Source: Octopus bimaculoides (lineage: Eukaryota). Taken from it: a DNA stretch of 64,000 nucleotides. Shown piece by piece: positions 1-9,928 of the stretch (position 1 is the first letter of the stretch; every line of letters starts with the position of its first letter). A program made the position numbers and the translations under genes. Below the pieces are notes generated by a model, which worked only from the letters and a program-made list of their open reading frames with translations, was not told the DNA's origin and ran no database searches. The stretch spans positions 70,466,720 to 70,530,719 of the forward strand of contig NC_068990.1 of assembly GCF_001194135.2 (NCBI RefSeq). Reading direction: 5' to 3'.

Positions 1-19
1 ATATATAGGTTCAAAAAAA

Positions 20-178
20 CAATAACAAAAAACAACAAAGTGAGGACGTGATACGGATAGTGTTATTGGACGCTCAGGAAAGGAAGGAGAGAGAGTATGA
101 CGTTTTGGGCGGAGCCCTTCGTCGGAAAGACAGAAAGTTCGGAGAATGGAAAAACGGAGGAAGAGGAAAATGGCACCG

Positions 179-185
<7 letters not shown>
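20..185 (-). mobile_element. Penelope-like (PLE) terminal-repeat remnant with degenerate minimal hammerhead motif
   Basis: Minus strand reads GTCTTT-CCGACGA-A-GGGC-TCC-GCCC-AAAA-CGTC, a near match to CUGANGA/helix II/GAAA/palindromic ACGT/GUC. CpG-rich relative to flanks. PLE assignment is inference. Confidence 0.45.
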
Positions 186-214
<29 letters not shown>

Positions 215-475
215 AAAAAAGAATACTTTATAACTTTCCAAAAATATAAGTTTAAACAATTTTATCGCTTCAGTGAATGAAATCAACCTATTTCAGTTTT
301 GAAAATGAAGTTAATCAAATATTAAGTTGTTTTGATGAACTAACTTTCAAGGCAGATTCCATCCTGGCTGCAGGTGGTAAATCCATATCAGATGGAATTA
401 TTGGATAATACTGGGATTTAGATTGTAATCTTAGTAGTAAGAAACTACTATTCTATCCCATGTCTTACGTTATAA

Positions 476-1141
476 TAATTCTAATTTTGGCTCAAGGTTA
501 GCATTTTTGAGAGGAGTACAGGAGCAGGTCTATTACATCAACTCCAGTACTTAACTGGTACTTTAATTTATTAACCCCACCTCCCCCAAGGATGAAAGGC
601 AAAGTTATCCTCAATAGCATTTGAACTAAAAATCTAAAGAACCAGATGAAGTACTGCTAAGCATTTTGTCCAACACAGTAACAGTTCTGCCAGCTTGCTA
701 CCTTAATAATAATAATAATAATAATAATTATAATAATTTCAAGTTTTGGCACAAGGCCAGCAATTTCAGTGAGAGGGTAAGTCGATTACATTGAGCCTAG
801 TATTCAACTGATACTTATTTTATCGACCCCACAAAGATGAAAGGCAAAGTCAATCTCAGCAGAATTTGAACTCAGAACATAAAGATGGCCAAAATGCCAC
901 TGCCAGCTCACTGCCTTAATGATAATGCTCCTTTTTACTAAAGGTACAAAGCCTGAAATTTTGGGGGAGGCGGAAAGTCGATCACATCAACCCCAGTACT
1001 TGACTGGCACTTAATTTATCAACCCTGAAAGGATGAAAGACAAAGTCGACCTCGGTAGAATTTGAACTCAAAATGTAAAGATGGATGAAATACTGCCAAG
1101 TAATTTGCTCAGTGTGCTAACAATTCTGCAAGCTGGCTGCC

Positions 1142-1196
<55 letters not shown>

Positions 1197-1555
1197 TTAT
1201 AGTCCTTTCTACTAAAGGCACAAGGCCTGAAGCTTTGGAGGAGGAGACTAGTCAATTACATTGACCCAGTGTTTCACTGGTACTTAATTTTTTGACCCTG
1301 AAATTTGGGGGAGAAGGCTAGCTCTCAGCCTTAATAATGATAGTAATGATTTCAAATTTTGGTACAAGACCAACAGGTGGAGGGGTAAGTCAATTACATC
1401 AACTCTAGTACTCAACTGGCATTTATTTTATCAACCCTGACAGGATGAAAGGCAAAGTCGACCTCGGCAGAATTTGAACTCAGAACTTGAAGATGGACAA
1501 AATACCACTAAGCCTGGTATGCTAATAATTCTTCCAGTTCACTGCTTTCTTAATA
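476..1555 (-). mobile_element. Array of five tRNA-derived SINE copies (family A) separated by (AAT)n tracts
   Basis: Copies at about 476-702, 733-918, 925-1143, 1200-1330 (truncated) and 1345-1552. Sense strand has A-box-like TGGCAGAATCGTTAG, B-box GAGTTCAAATTC and a GCCTTTCATCCTTTCGGGGTCGATAAA..AAGTACCAG core (resembles the Meta-type SINE domain, from memory). Confidence 0.85.
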
Positions 1556-1569
1556 ATAATAATAATAAT

Positions 1570-2215
1570 CATCATCATCGTTTAACGTCCGCTTTCCATG
1601 CTAGCATGGCAACACCAGGATGGCAACACCAGGCTCCAGTCGGATTTGGCAGAGTTTCTACAGCTGGATGCCCTTCCTAACGCCAACCACTCAGAGAGTG
1701 TAGTGGGTGCTTTTACGTGTCACCCGCACGAAAACGGCCACGCTCGAAATGGTGTCTTTTATGTGCCACCCGCACAAGCCAGTCCAGGGGCACTGGCAAC
1801 GATCTCGCTCGAAAATCCTACAGGAGCCAGTCAGGCGGTACTGGCAACGGCCACGCTCAAAATGGTGCATCTCATGTGCCACCCGCACAAGAACCAGTCC
1901 AGGGGCACTGGCAACGATCTTACTTGGCTTGCCGGGTCTTCTCACGCACAGCCCATTTCCAAAGGTCTCGGTCCGTAGTCATCGCCTCGGTGAGGCCCAA
2001 TGTACGAAGGTCTTGCCTCACCACCTCAGCCCAGGTCTTCCTGGGCCTACCTCTTCCACGGGTTCCCTCAACTGTTAGGGTGTGGCACTTTTTCACGCAG
2101 CTATCCTCCTCCATTCTCACCACATGTCCATACCAGCGCAATCGTCTCTCTTGCACGCCACAACTGATGCTTAATACAGGGTTGCCATTTATTTCTTTTG
2201 TAGCAAGACACATGT
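1570..2215 (-). mobile_element. 5'-truncated RTE-clade LINE: ORF2 C-terminus, 3' UTR with tandem modules, (GAT)n tail
   Basis: ORF 1920-2213 encodes RRLRWYGHVVRM...GTRGRGRPRKTW...DRDLWK, typical of the RTE ORF2 end; the UTR ends GGAAAGCGGACGTTAAACGATGATGATG. Confidence 0.85.
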
Positions 2216-2344
2216 GCCTCTCCCTCTGTCACACTTTAGTCTCTCAACACCTAGCATAAAACCACCTCCCGATATCAATTACAATTCCACTTAGATGAGG
2301 GGGAGCTTAGCTTTTTCTTCTTTTCCGTTGTCTCCTGAGTTATT

Positions 2345-2540
2345 TTGTGACCTCATGAATGTTGGTGCCACATAAAATGCACCCAGTACACTCTGTAAAG
2401 TTGTTGGCATTAGGAAGGGTATCCAGCCATAGAAACCATTCCAAAGTAGGTATCAGAGCTCAATGCAATCCTCTGGCTTGTTTGATCTTGTTAAATCATC
2501 CAGCCCATATCAGCATAGAATACAAATGTTAAATGATTAT
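2345..2540 (+). mobile_element. RTE LINE 3' UTR fragment (diverged)
   Basis: Matches the UTR of 1570-2215 (CACTCTGTAAAG..TTGGCATTAGGAAGGG.ATCCAGC) and ends in a degenerate GAT tail. Confidence 0.7.
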
Positions 2541-2924
2541 GACACTGCATGCATGCATCCAACCATCCATCCTAGTCCTACGTTCAGTGTTGTGTATTCC
2601 AGTTGTTTTGGTCAATGGAGCCACCTACTCACTAAATAATAGTGAAAGTAGTTGAGTATTTCATAAATATGTGTCCCTTTAACATGATATTCAAGAAGAA
2701 TAAATAAGATATTGTGTGTTATGAGGCATAACCTTTGAATTGCTAGTACAGCAAAAAAAGAAGACAATCTCAAGGTGCTGTTAAGTGCGATTGAACCTGT
2801 TAGCTATTGATTGTGCAGTGGGCTTCTTAACCATTTGACCAAGCCAGTAGTTATTTTATGTATATAAACACACACATATATGTAAGCATACATGTACACA
2901 TACTTACATTCATTATATGTACAT

Positions 2925-3090
2925 AGGTGCAAGAGTGGCTTCGTGGTAAGTAGCTTGCTTAACAACCACATGGTTTTGGGTTCAGTTCCACTGCGTGACA
3001 CCGTGGGCAAGTGTCTTCTACTATAGCCTCGGGCTGACGAAAGCCTTGTGAGTAGATTTGATAGACAGAAACTGAAAGAAGCCCGTCATA

Positions 3091-3134
<44 letters not shown>

Positions 3135-3157
3135 NNNNNNNNNNGAAGCCCGTCATA

Positions 3158-3201
<44 letters not shown>

Positions 3202-3410
3202 TGTGTCTATGTTTGTCCCCCCAACATCGCTTGACATCCAATGCTGGTTTGCTTATGTCACCGTAACTTAGCGGTTCGGCAAAAGTGACCAATAGAATAA
3301 GTACTAGGCTTACAAAGAATAAGTCCTGGGGTCGATTTACTCAACTAAAGGTGGTGCTGCAGCATGGCCGCAGTCAAATGACTGAAACAAGTGAAAGAGT
3401 AAAAGAGTAT
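2925..3410 (+). mobile_element. Bipartite tRNA-derived CORE-like SINE (family B), full length
   Basis: tRNA-like head (GTGGCTTCGTGGTAAG; GGTTCAGTTCC), CORE-like TGGGCAAGTGTCTT, internal (TA/TG)n tract with a gap, and a 3' half ending GAAACAAGTGAAAGAGTAAAAGAG. Confidence 0.8.
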
Positions 3411-3902
3411 ATACACATATACTTAAGCAAGCATACACACATACAATTATTATGTGTTTATATACACACATATATTCATGAACAAGCATGCTCTCATGTT
3501 TACACTTACACGCATGCACACACACATCAGTTAAACAAATTATAATTTAATTATATTTCCAACTCTTAAAATTGAGAAATTATATTTTAATGTTTTAATG
3601 TAAATTTATATTAGTCATTTTAAGCACCAGTCTGACACAGCAAAAAATGGTAACAGTTGCTATATTTTGAGTACCTACTTTGGAGAAAATGGAATGTCAT
3701 GTTCGTTGTTGAATAATTGGTAATGCCGCCACCAACCTGGCAATCTGCCACTAGTAGATATTTTTCTTTTTCTGCTCCAATTTTTTGCTTATAATGACTA
3801 ACGTTTCATAATCTAACGTTTCATAATCTAGTTCGTGCAAATAAGTAATAATAAGAATTTATGAATAATATCGCTGAATAATAATGATCTCTAATTTTGG
3901 CA

Positions 3903-4150
3903 CATCATCATCATCATCATGAACAACAACAACAAACATCAAATGCCCATTTTTCCATGTTTGCCCGGGTCAAACTGAATTTGTTGAGGCAGATTCTCTG
4001 TGGCTCATTGCCCTTCCAGTCACCAACACTCACATGTTTCCAAGCAAAGTAACTGACATCTTCCCACCAGACAGACATTTTTTTATCATGTAAGGCTGGA
4101 AAAGAACAAACTTACCTTTATTATGATGATGGGCAGGTACAACCATCATG
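3903..4150 (-). mobile_element. Old RTE-type 3' UTR variant
   Basis: (CAT)n/(CAA)n tail plus a TGCCCTTCC..TCACCAAC core shared with 16235-16410 and 57540-57720. Confidence 0.5.
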
Positions 4151-4306
4151 TGATCTCTAGATGAAGAGACACACACACATGCACACACAAGACAGGTTTC
4201 TTTCAGTTTTCATGTTTGGCACATGTTCACAAAAATGCTTTGAAAATAAAAGTAATTACTTAAATGGACCTCAGAGAATTACTGGTATTTATTTTAGTAA
4301 TTTGTA

Positions 4307-5134
4307 CAGTGTTTAGGCTAAATATGACATTTTTTAATGTCTCCCTTTTTTCAGGAACAGCTTGATGTATTGTTGAACAGTCATGGGTATTTGAGAGCAA
4401 AAAAAAATTAAAGTTGTAGCAGAGAAAAAGTTAGTTAACATGGAGGACTGGAAGCTATCCGAATATTGGAAAAGAGTTACTTGCATCAAGATGATTCATG
4501 CCAAGTATCAAAGTGCCAACATCATGATGGCTGCTCGGTGGTCTGTTAACACTGTAATGGCTGCAAGATATGACATTGACAGATGCAACAGAGACTACGA
4601 AGTCGTGGCCATCAGGCATTCTGACTGTGTCCACATGTTGGAGTTCATCCTCACCTTTTTTAACAGGGACTTAGGCTCAATTCAGATGGCTATGTGAACC
4701 TGCTGGAGATTTTGGTCAATCCCTGATTGGAGAGGATTGCTGCTGGCTGGCCATATATCTGGCAGCAGGGGAAAATGTCAGAAGTAGTTGTCAGTAAAAT
4801 TCTAAAACTTCACCAGTTTCCTTTTAGTTTCCCCAATTGTAATCCCATGGATTCCTATGTGTGGGGAATGGTTGAGAAAGACACCAACAGCTCTTCCTGC
4901 CACACCAAGACCAAATTGGTGGCCAAGATCAAGGGGGTGTTTGAAGACCTTTCCCAGGACACAGCAAGGAATACATGTGTCAAGTTCTGGAGCCATCTTG
5001 AAATTGTGGTGGAAGCTGAGGACAGCTACTTTGAGTAAACTGTTATCTCCCAGCCATACTTTTATTTTTGGATGGGTTATTGTGTTTCTTTTTTCTTTTA
5101 TACAAACTGTCAAATTAAGTCCAAACAGCCTGTG
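4307..5134 (+). mobile_element. Internally deleted Tc1/mariner element (maT/DD37D-like)
   Basis: TA-flanked degenerate TIRs (CAGTGTTTAGGCTAAATATGAC / GTCAAATTAAGTCCAAACAGCCTGTG). ORF pieces: N-terminal SEYWKR... and C-terminal PNCNPMDSYVWGMVEKDTN...VEAEDSYFE. Subfamily call is tentative. Confidence 0.8.
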
Positions 5135-5179
5135 TAGATGAAACAAAACTGAATCAATGTATAATTAAATATTGATTTC

Positions 5180-5392
5180 ATATTTTGGGACAAGGCCAAC
5201 AGTTTCAGGGGAGGGGGTAAGTTGATTACATTGACCTGATTGTTCAACTGGTACTTATTTTTTTTTACCCTGAAAAGATGAAAAGCAAAGTTGACCCGGT
5301 GGAAGTTGAACTCAGAACATAAAGACAGATGAACTGCCACTAATCATCTTGCCAGTGTGCCAACAGTTCTGCCAGTTCATTGCTTTAATGTA
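5180..5392 (-). mobile_element. SINE family A copy
   Basis: Same A/B boxes and core as the 476-1555 copies. Confidence 0.8.
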
Positions 5393-5513
5393 TAACTAAG
5401 TAATAAAAAGCAATTTTTCAGCACTTCCTTTCTTCTGCAATACCTACTGTTACAATAATAATATAGAATTTTGTGGGATTTTCTCCATAAAGACTGACCA
5501 TATCAGATGGTCT

Positions 5514-5705
5514 CTATCTGAAAGTTTTGGTTTTCTTCGAGAGTTTTGCTTTGACAAAGAGGTTTTTTCCGTCTTTCTCAAAGGCTGTCATTACTTTCAA
5601 GACAGTACTTCTTGATTCACCAAACATTTTTGCTGTTTTCATTATGCTAGCACCTGCCATACAAGCACCAACAATTTGACCTCTTCGAAAGTCCAGTAGA
5701 TCTGT
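5514..5705 (-). mobile_element. Tc1-family transposase N-terminal (HTH) fragment
   Basis: Translation MTDLLDFRRGQIVGACMAGASIMKTAKMFGESRSTVLKVMTAFEKDGK is typical of the Tc1 paired-like domain. Confidence 0.75.
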
Positions 5706-5918
5706 CATTACCTCGCTGAAGCCTAATGTTCGAAGGTTGTGCTTCACCATCTCATCACAAGTCTTCCTGGGTCTACCTCTTCCACAGGTTTCCTCAACCG
5801 CTAGGGTGTGGCACCTTTTCACCCAGCTATCCTCATCCATTCTCACCACATGACCATACCAGCGCAGTCGTCTCTCTTGCACACTGCATCTCATGCTTCT
5901 TAGGTCCAACTTTTCTCT
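5700..5918 (-). mobile_element. RTE LINE ORF2 C-terminal fragment
   Basis: VQERRLRWYGHVVRMDEDSWVKRCHTLAVEETCGRGRPRKT, the same family as 1920-2213. Confidence 0.8.
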
Positions 5919-6720
5919 TTTCAGTGTATTCTGTCTGCATGTCATTCAGCTTTGTGTACTGGTAGTGCAGAGCTTGGTATTTTCCTGCATTAAACTGCAT
6001 GTTGTTGTTCTCAACCCACTTGTATATTGTGTCCAACTCCCATTGCAGATGTGCAATATTTCCAGGATTTTGTATTGTTGGAGAGACTTTATTGTTATCT
6101 GCATAGCTAGCAAGGGTGGCTATCTGAACAGCTGAGAAGACCACTATGAATAGCAGTGGCCCCAAAACAGTGCCCTGTAGAACACCACTTGCTATTTGTG
6201 TTTCCTTAGGACTGGCTCTGTTGGCCACCACTGCCGTGATGTCTATCTTTTAAAATGTCATGTAGCCACTCTCCATGTTCTCTGCCTTTGCACAATTTGA
6301 GAAGGACCACTGGAAATCCATCAGGGCTAGCAGCTGAGTTTGTGTGAACCTCATCTATGGCCAGTGTAACATCTTCTTCTTCAATATTTACGTACTCAAT
6401 TTTTGCCTCTTTGGTTACAGGTAAAGTGGCAAAAAATTCTGCTGGTTTGTTCACTTGCCTGTGTTCCAGTGGTGTAGTGAACACACTTTGGAACTGTTCA
6501 TTCAGTATTTCACTTATCCTCGTGCGGTTTCCTGTGAGAGAGCCATCTTTTTGGAAGAGGGGTCCTATCTTGTGGTGTATTGAGGCTATTTCTTTAGCAA
6601 ACTTAAAGAAATCTTTAGGGTTTGACTTGATATTTTCTATAACCCAAGCTTCTTTATCTGCTCTCTCCTTTTCATGAGACTGTTGTAGACTTTTCTCAAT
6701 CTCCAGTTGTCATGGTGATA
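5919..6720 (-). mobile_element. CR1-clade LINE ORF2 (reverse transcriptase) fragments with internal deletions
   Basis: SGVLQGTVLGPLLFI...YADNNKV...LQWELDTIYKWVENNNMQFNAGKYQALHY and SAASPDGFPVVLLKLCK motifs. Confidence 0.8.
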
Positions 6721-6759
6721 CCTGCTCAAAGGCCCATGCAAAGTTGCAGAAAGTGAAAT

Positions 6760-6965
6760 AGTACTCATGGCAGATACTGGTGTCACACAACTAGCACCCA
6801 TGCCAGTGACATGTAAAAACACCTATTACACTCTTGGAGTGGTTGGCATTAGGAAAAGCAACCAGCAGTAGAAACCATGCCAAATCAGACTGAAGTCTGG
6901 TGCAGCCCTGGTCAAACTGTCTAACCCATACCAGCATGGACAATGAACATTAGATGATGATGATA
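6760..6965 (+). mobile_element. RTE LINE 3' UTR fragment
   Basis: Shared UTR core and (GAT)n tail at about 6955-6965. Confidence 0.7.
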
Positions 6966-7059
6966 ATTACTGACAAAGCTCCTCTACAGTTACCAGCTAC
7001 TATTACTTATATGTGTGTGTGTGTGTGTGTGTATGTGCGTGTGCGTGAATATATATATA

Positions 7060-7545
7060 TATTCTTTTATTCTTTTACTTGTTTCAGTCATTTGACTGCA
7101 GCCATGCTGGAGCACCGCCTTAAAGGGTTTTAGTTGAAGAAACCATCCCCAGGACTTATTTTTTGTAAGCCTAGTACTTAATCTATCATTGTGTTTTGTC
7201 AAACTGCTAAGTTATAGGGACCTAAAATACCACCATTGGTTGTCAAGCAATGGTGGGCGGACAAACAGAAACACACAAAACTTATACATATATATATATA
7301 TATATANNNNNNNNNNNNNNNNNNNNNACACACACACACACACACACACATACACACACAACAGGCTTCTTTCAGTTTCCGTCTACCAAATCCACTCACA
7401 AGGCTTTGGTGTCCATACATGCCAGTGTATATACATAATCCATGCAGAAGACACTTGCCCAAAGTGCCATGCAATGGGACTGAACCCGGAACCATGTGGT
7501 TGGGAAGCAAGCTTCTTACCACACAGCCACACCTGCACCTGTATA
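7060..7545 (-). mobile_element. SINE family B, full length, with a local replacement insertion
   Basis: Both halves present around an internal (TA)/(CA) tract and gap; 7411-7444 is foreign sequence. Confidence 0.8.
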
Positions 7546-7761
7546 TATATATATGCACACCATATCATATTTGTTAATGTATAAACATATACCAAGACAC
7601 TATTGTCTCACAACTTAGATCATGGTAGATCTATATACATACCAGTGTATGTATATATATGCCAAGTCACCATCATCTCACAAAATGGTGTCCATACATG
7701 CCAGTGTATATGCATAATCCATGTCACCATTATTTTGTATATTGATGTCACAGTACATATA

Positions 7762-7915
7762 CAGGAGTTGGACAAAATAATGAAACACCTTAAAATTTCA
7801 AACAAATTTATTTTAATATGGTATAGGACTGCCTTTGGCAGTAATTACAGCTTAAACCATAACATTTTGAAGGGAAGCTCACAATCACACATCAACACCT
7901 AGTGCAGCTGATCTG
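7762..7915 (+). mobile_element. Tc1-type left end remnant
   Basis: TA|CAGGAGTTGGACAAAATAATGAAACACC TIR-like start followed by CTGCCTTTGGCAGTAATTACAGCT, recalled as typical of Tc1 5' regions. Confidence 0.55.
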
Positions 7916-8297
7916 AAAAAAAAAAAAAAGACGGAAAAAAACTGATTTCAAACATAATAAACCTCAATGTATAAAGAATTTTTTGTTCTTTTACCAAATG
8001 CCATCTTTGTCATTCCCATTGGATTGGATTTTTTACACAAAATATTGCACTACATTACCAACAAGAACAATAGTAACAACAACATATTGTGAAATCTAAA
8101 AGTATATAATTTTATCATCATCATCATTATGGTTATTATTTCTCTTATTATTTGATTATTGAATTATTGTTTTGTTCTTGTCTGTGGAGAAAAGAAATTC
8201 TTTTAAATATATTGTGTGCATTTACATGGATACTGATACGCTCTTGTGATGACATAAATATACAAATATAAATATATATATATAAATAAATAAATAA

Positions 8298-8350
<53 letters not shown>

Positions 8351-9117
8351 NNNNNNNNNNNNNNNNNNNNNNNNNNNNNNNNNNNNNNNNNNNNNNNNNN
8401 NNNNNNNNNNNNNNNNNNNNNNNNNNNNNNNNNNNNNNNNNNNNNNNNNNNNNNNNNNNNNNNNNNNNNNNNNNNNNNNNNNNNNNNNNNNNNNNNNNNN
8501 NNNNNNNNNNNNNNNNNNNNNNNNNNNNNNNNNNNNNNNNNNNNNNNNNNNNNNNNNNNNNNNNNNNNNNNNNNNNNNNNNNNNNNNNNNNNNNNNNNNN
8601 NNNNNNNNNNNNNNNNNNNNNNNNNNNNNNNNNNNNNNNNNNNNNNNNNNNNNNNNNNNNNNNNNNNNNNNNNNNNNNNNNNNNNNNNNNNNNNNNNNNN
8701 NNNNNNNNNNNNNNNNNNNNNNNNNNNNNNNNNNNNNNNNNNNNNNNNNNNNNNNNNNNNNNNNNNNNNNNNNNNNNNNNNNNNNNNNNNNNNNNNNNNN
8801 NNNNNNNNNNNNNNNNNNNNNNNNNNNNNNNNNNNNNNNNNNNNNNNNNNNNNNNNNNNNNNNNNNNNNNNNNNNNNNNNNNNNNNNNNNNNNNNNNNNN
8901 NNNNNNNNNNNNNNNNNNNNNNNNNNNNNNNNNNNNNNNNNNNNNNNNNNNNNNNNNNNNNNNNNNNNNNNNNNNNNNNNNNNNNNNNNNNNNNNNNNNN
9001 NNNNNNNNNNNNNNNNNNNNNNNNNNNNNNNNNNNNNNNNNNNNNNNNNNNNNNNNNNNNNNNNNNNNNNNNNNNNNNNNNNNNNNNNNNNNNNNNNNNN
9101 NNNNNNNNNNNNNNNNN
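8351..9117. other. Assembly gap (N) flanked by (TA)n; other gaps at 3135-3144, 7307-7327, 10229-10911, 15801-15957, 19057-19959, 41840-41849, 51412-51536, 59200-59209
   Basis: Runs of N seen directly; most abut micro- or minisatellites. Confidence 0.98.
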
Positions 9118-9928
9118 ATATATATATATATATATATATATAACCTGGAAGTGTGTAAATTCATTACCAATTATTGTTCAGTGAATCTTTTTCTCAACAA
9201 CTGTTTTTTTCTCACCTTCCTCTTTCCCCCTCTACCCTATTGTTAGGTTCCCTTCTGCTTGATATTTCTGTCTCATGATATATCCCTCCCTCTGTCTGCT
9301 TTTGTCTCTCTCTCTCTCTCTCTCTCTCTCAATATGTCCCTATCTCTGCCTCTCTTTCTTCCTACCTCTAACACCTTATCAATCAACTTTCATCCACATT
9401 CAATAATTCTATTGTTTCATCTTCACATTCTTTCCTTTATTTCCCTTCCTCTTTTCTTATTGGGCTCCGAAATGACACACACATACACAAACACACACAC
9501 ACACACACACCCACACACACTTGCACAATGTGCACATTCACTTTCTCCCTCTCTGACAAAACTTTCATTTCTTGAACAAGCAGCATGATCTTCGAAAACC
9601 CAGTCATTCTATTGCTAAAAGTTTCAGTTTGCATTTTCCAGCATCATTTGATGACATAACTATTCTACAACAAACAGATGAAAGGCAATGATGCTAACCA
9701 TTTCATGCTGAATCAGCATCAGTTTTTCTGCAGTTGTTTGACATGCTAGAATTAATGACCAACTCCCACTCAAATCACACCTCCCTGCCATCATAAAAGA
9801 ACAAAGGAAATATTTGGATAATGTATCTTTGTAGACACAGTATGCATGAATAAAATAGATGAGGTGGTCATGGTTGGATTATATGTCAGCTTGATCAGAA
9901 CTAGCTTGGAAGTAAACAACATCAAATA

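Noticed and set aside
2925-3010. tRNA genes at SINE heads (families A and B and the third CORE-like family)
   Set aside because: A/B boxes are present, but there is no complete cloverleaf and each continues into a SINE body.
3085-3200. Apparent tandem duplication of GAAGCCCGTCATATATATGTGTG around a 10-N gap
   Set aside because: Most likely overlapping contig ends at a microsatellite, i.e. an assembly artefact.
8148-9170. Long ORFs spanning N-gaps (also 18905-20077, 15705-15983, 51225-51612)
   Set aside because: Open only because of N runs and dinucleotide repeats.
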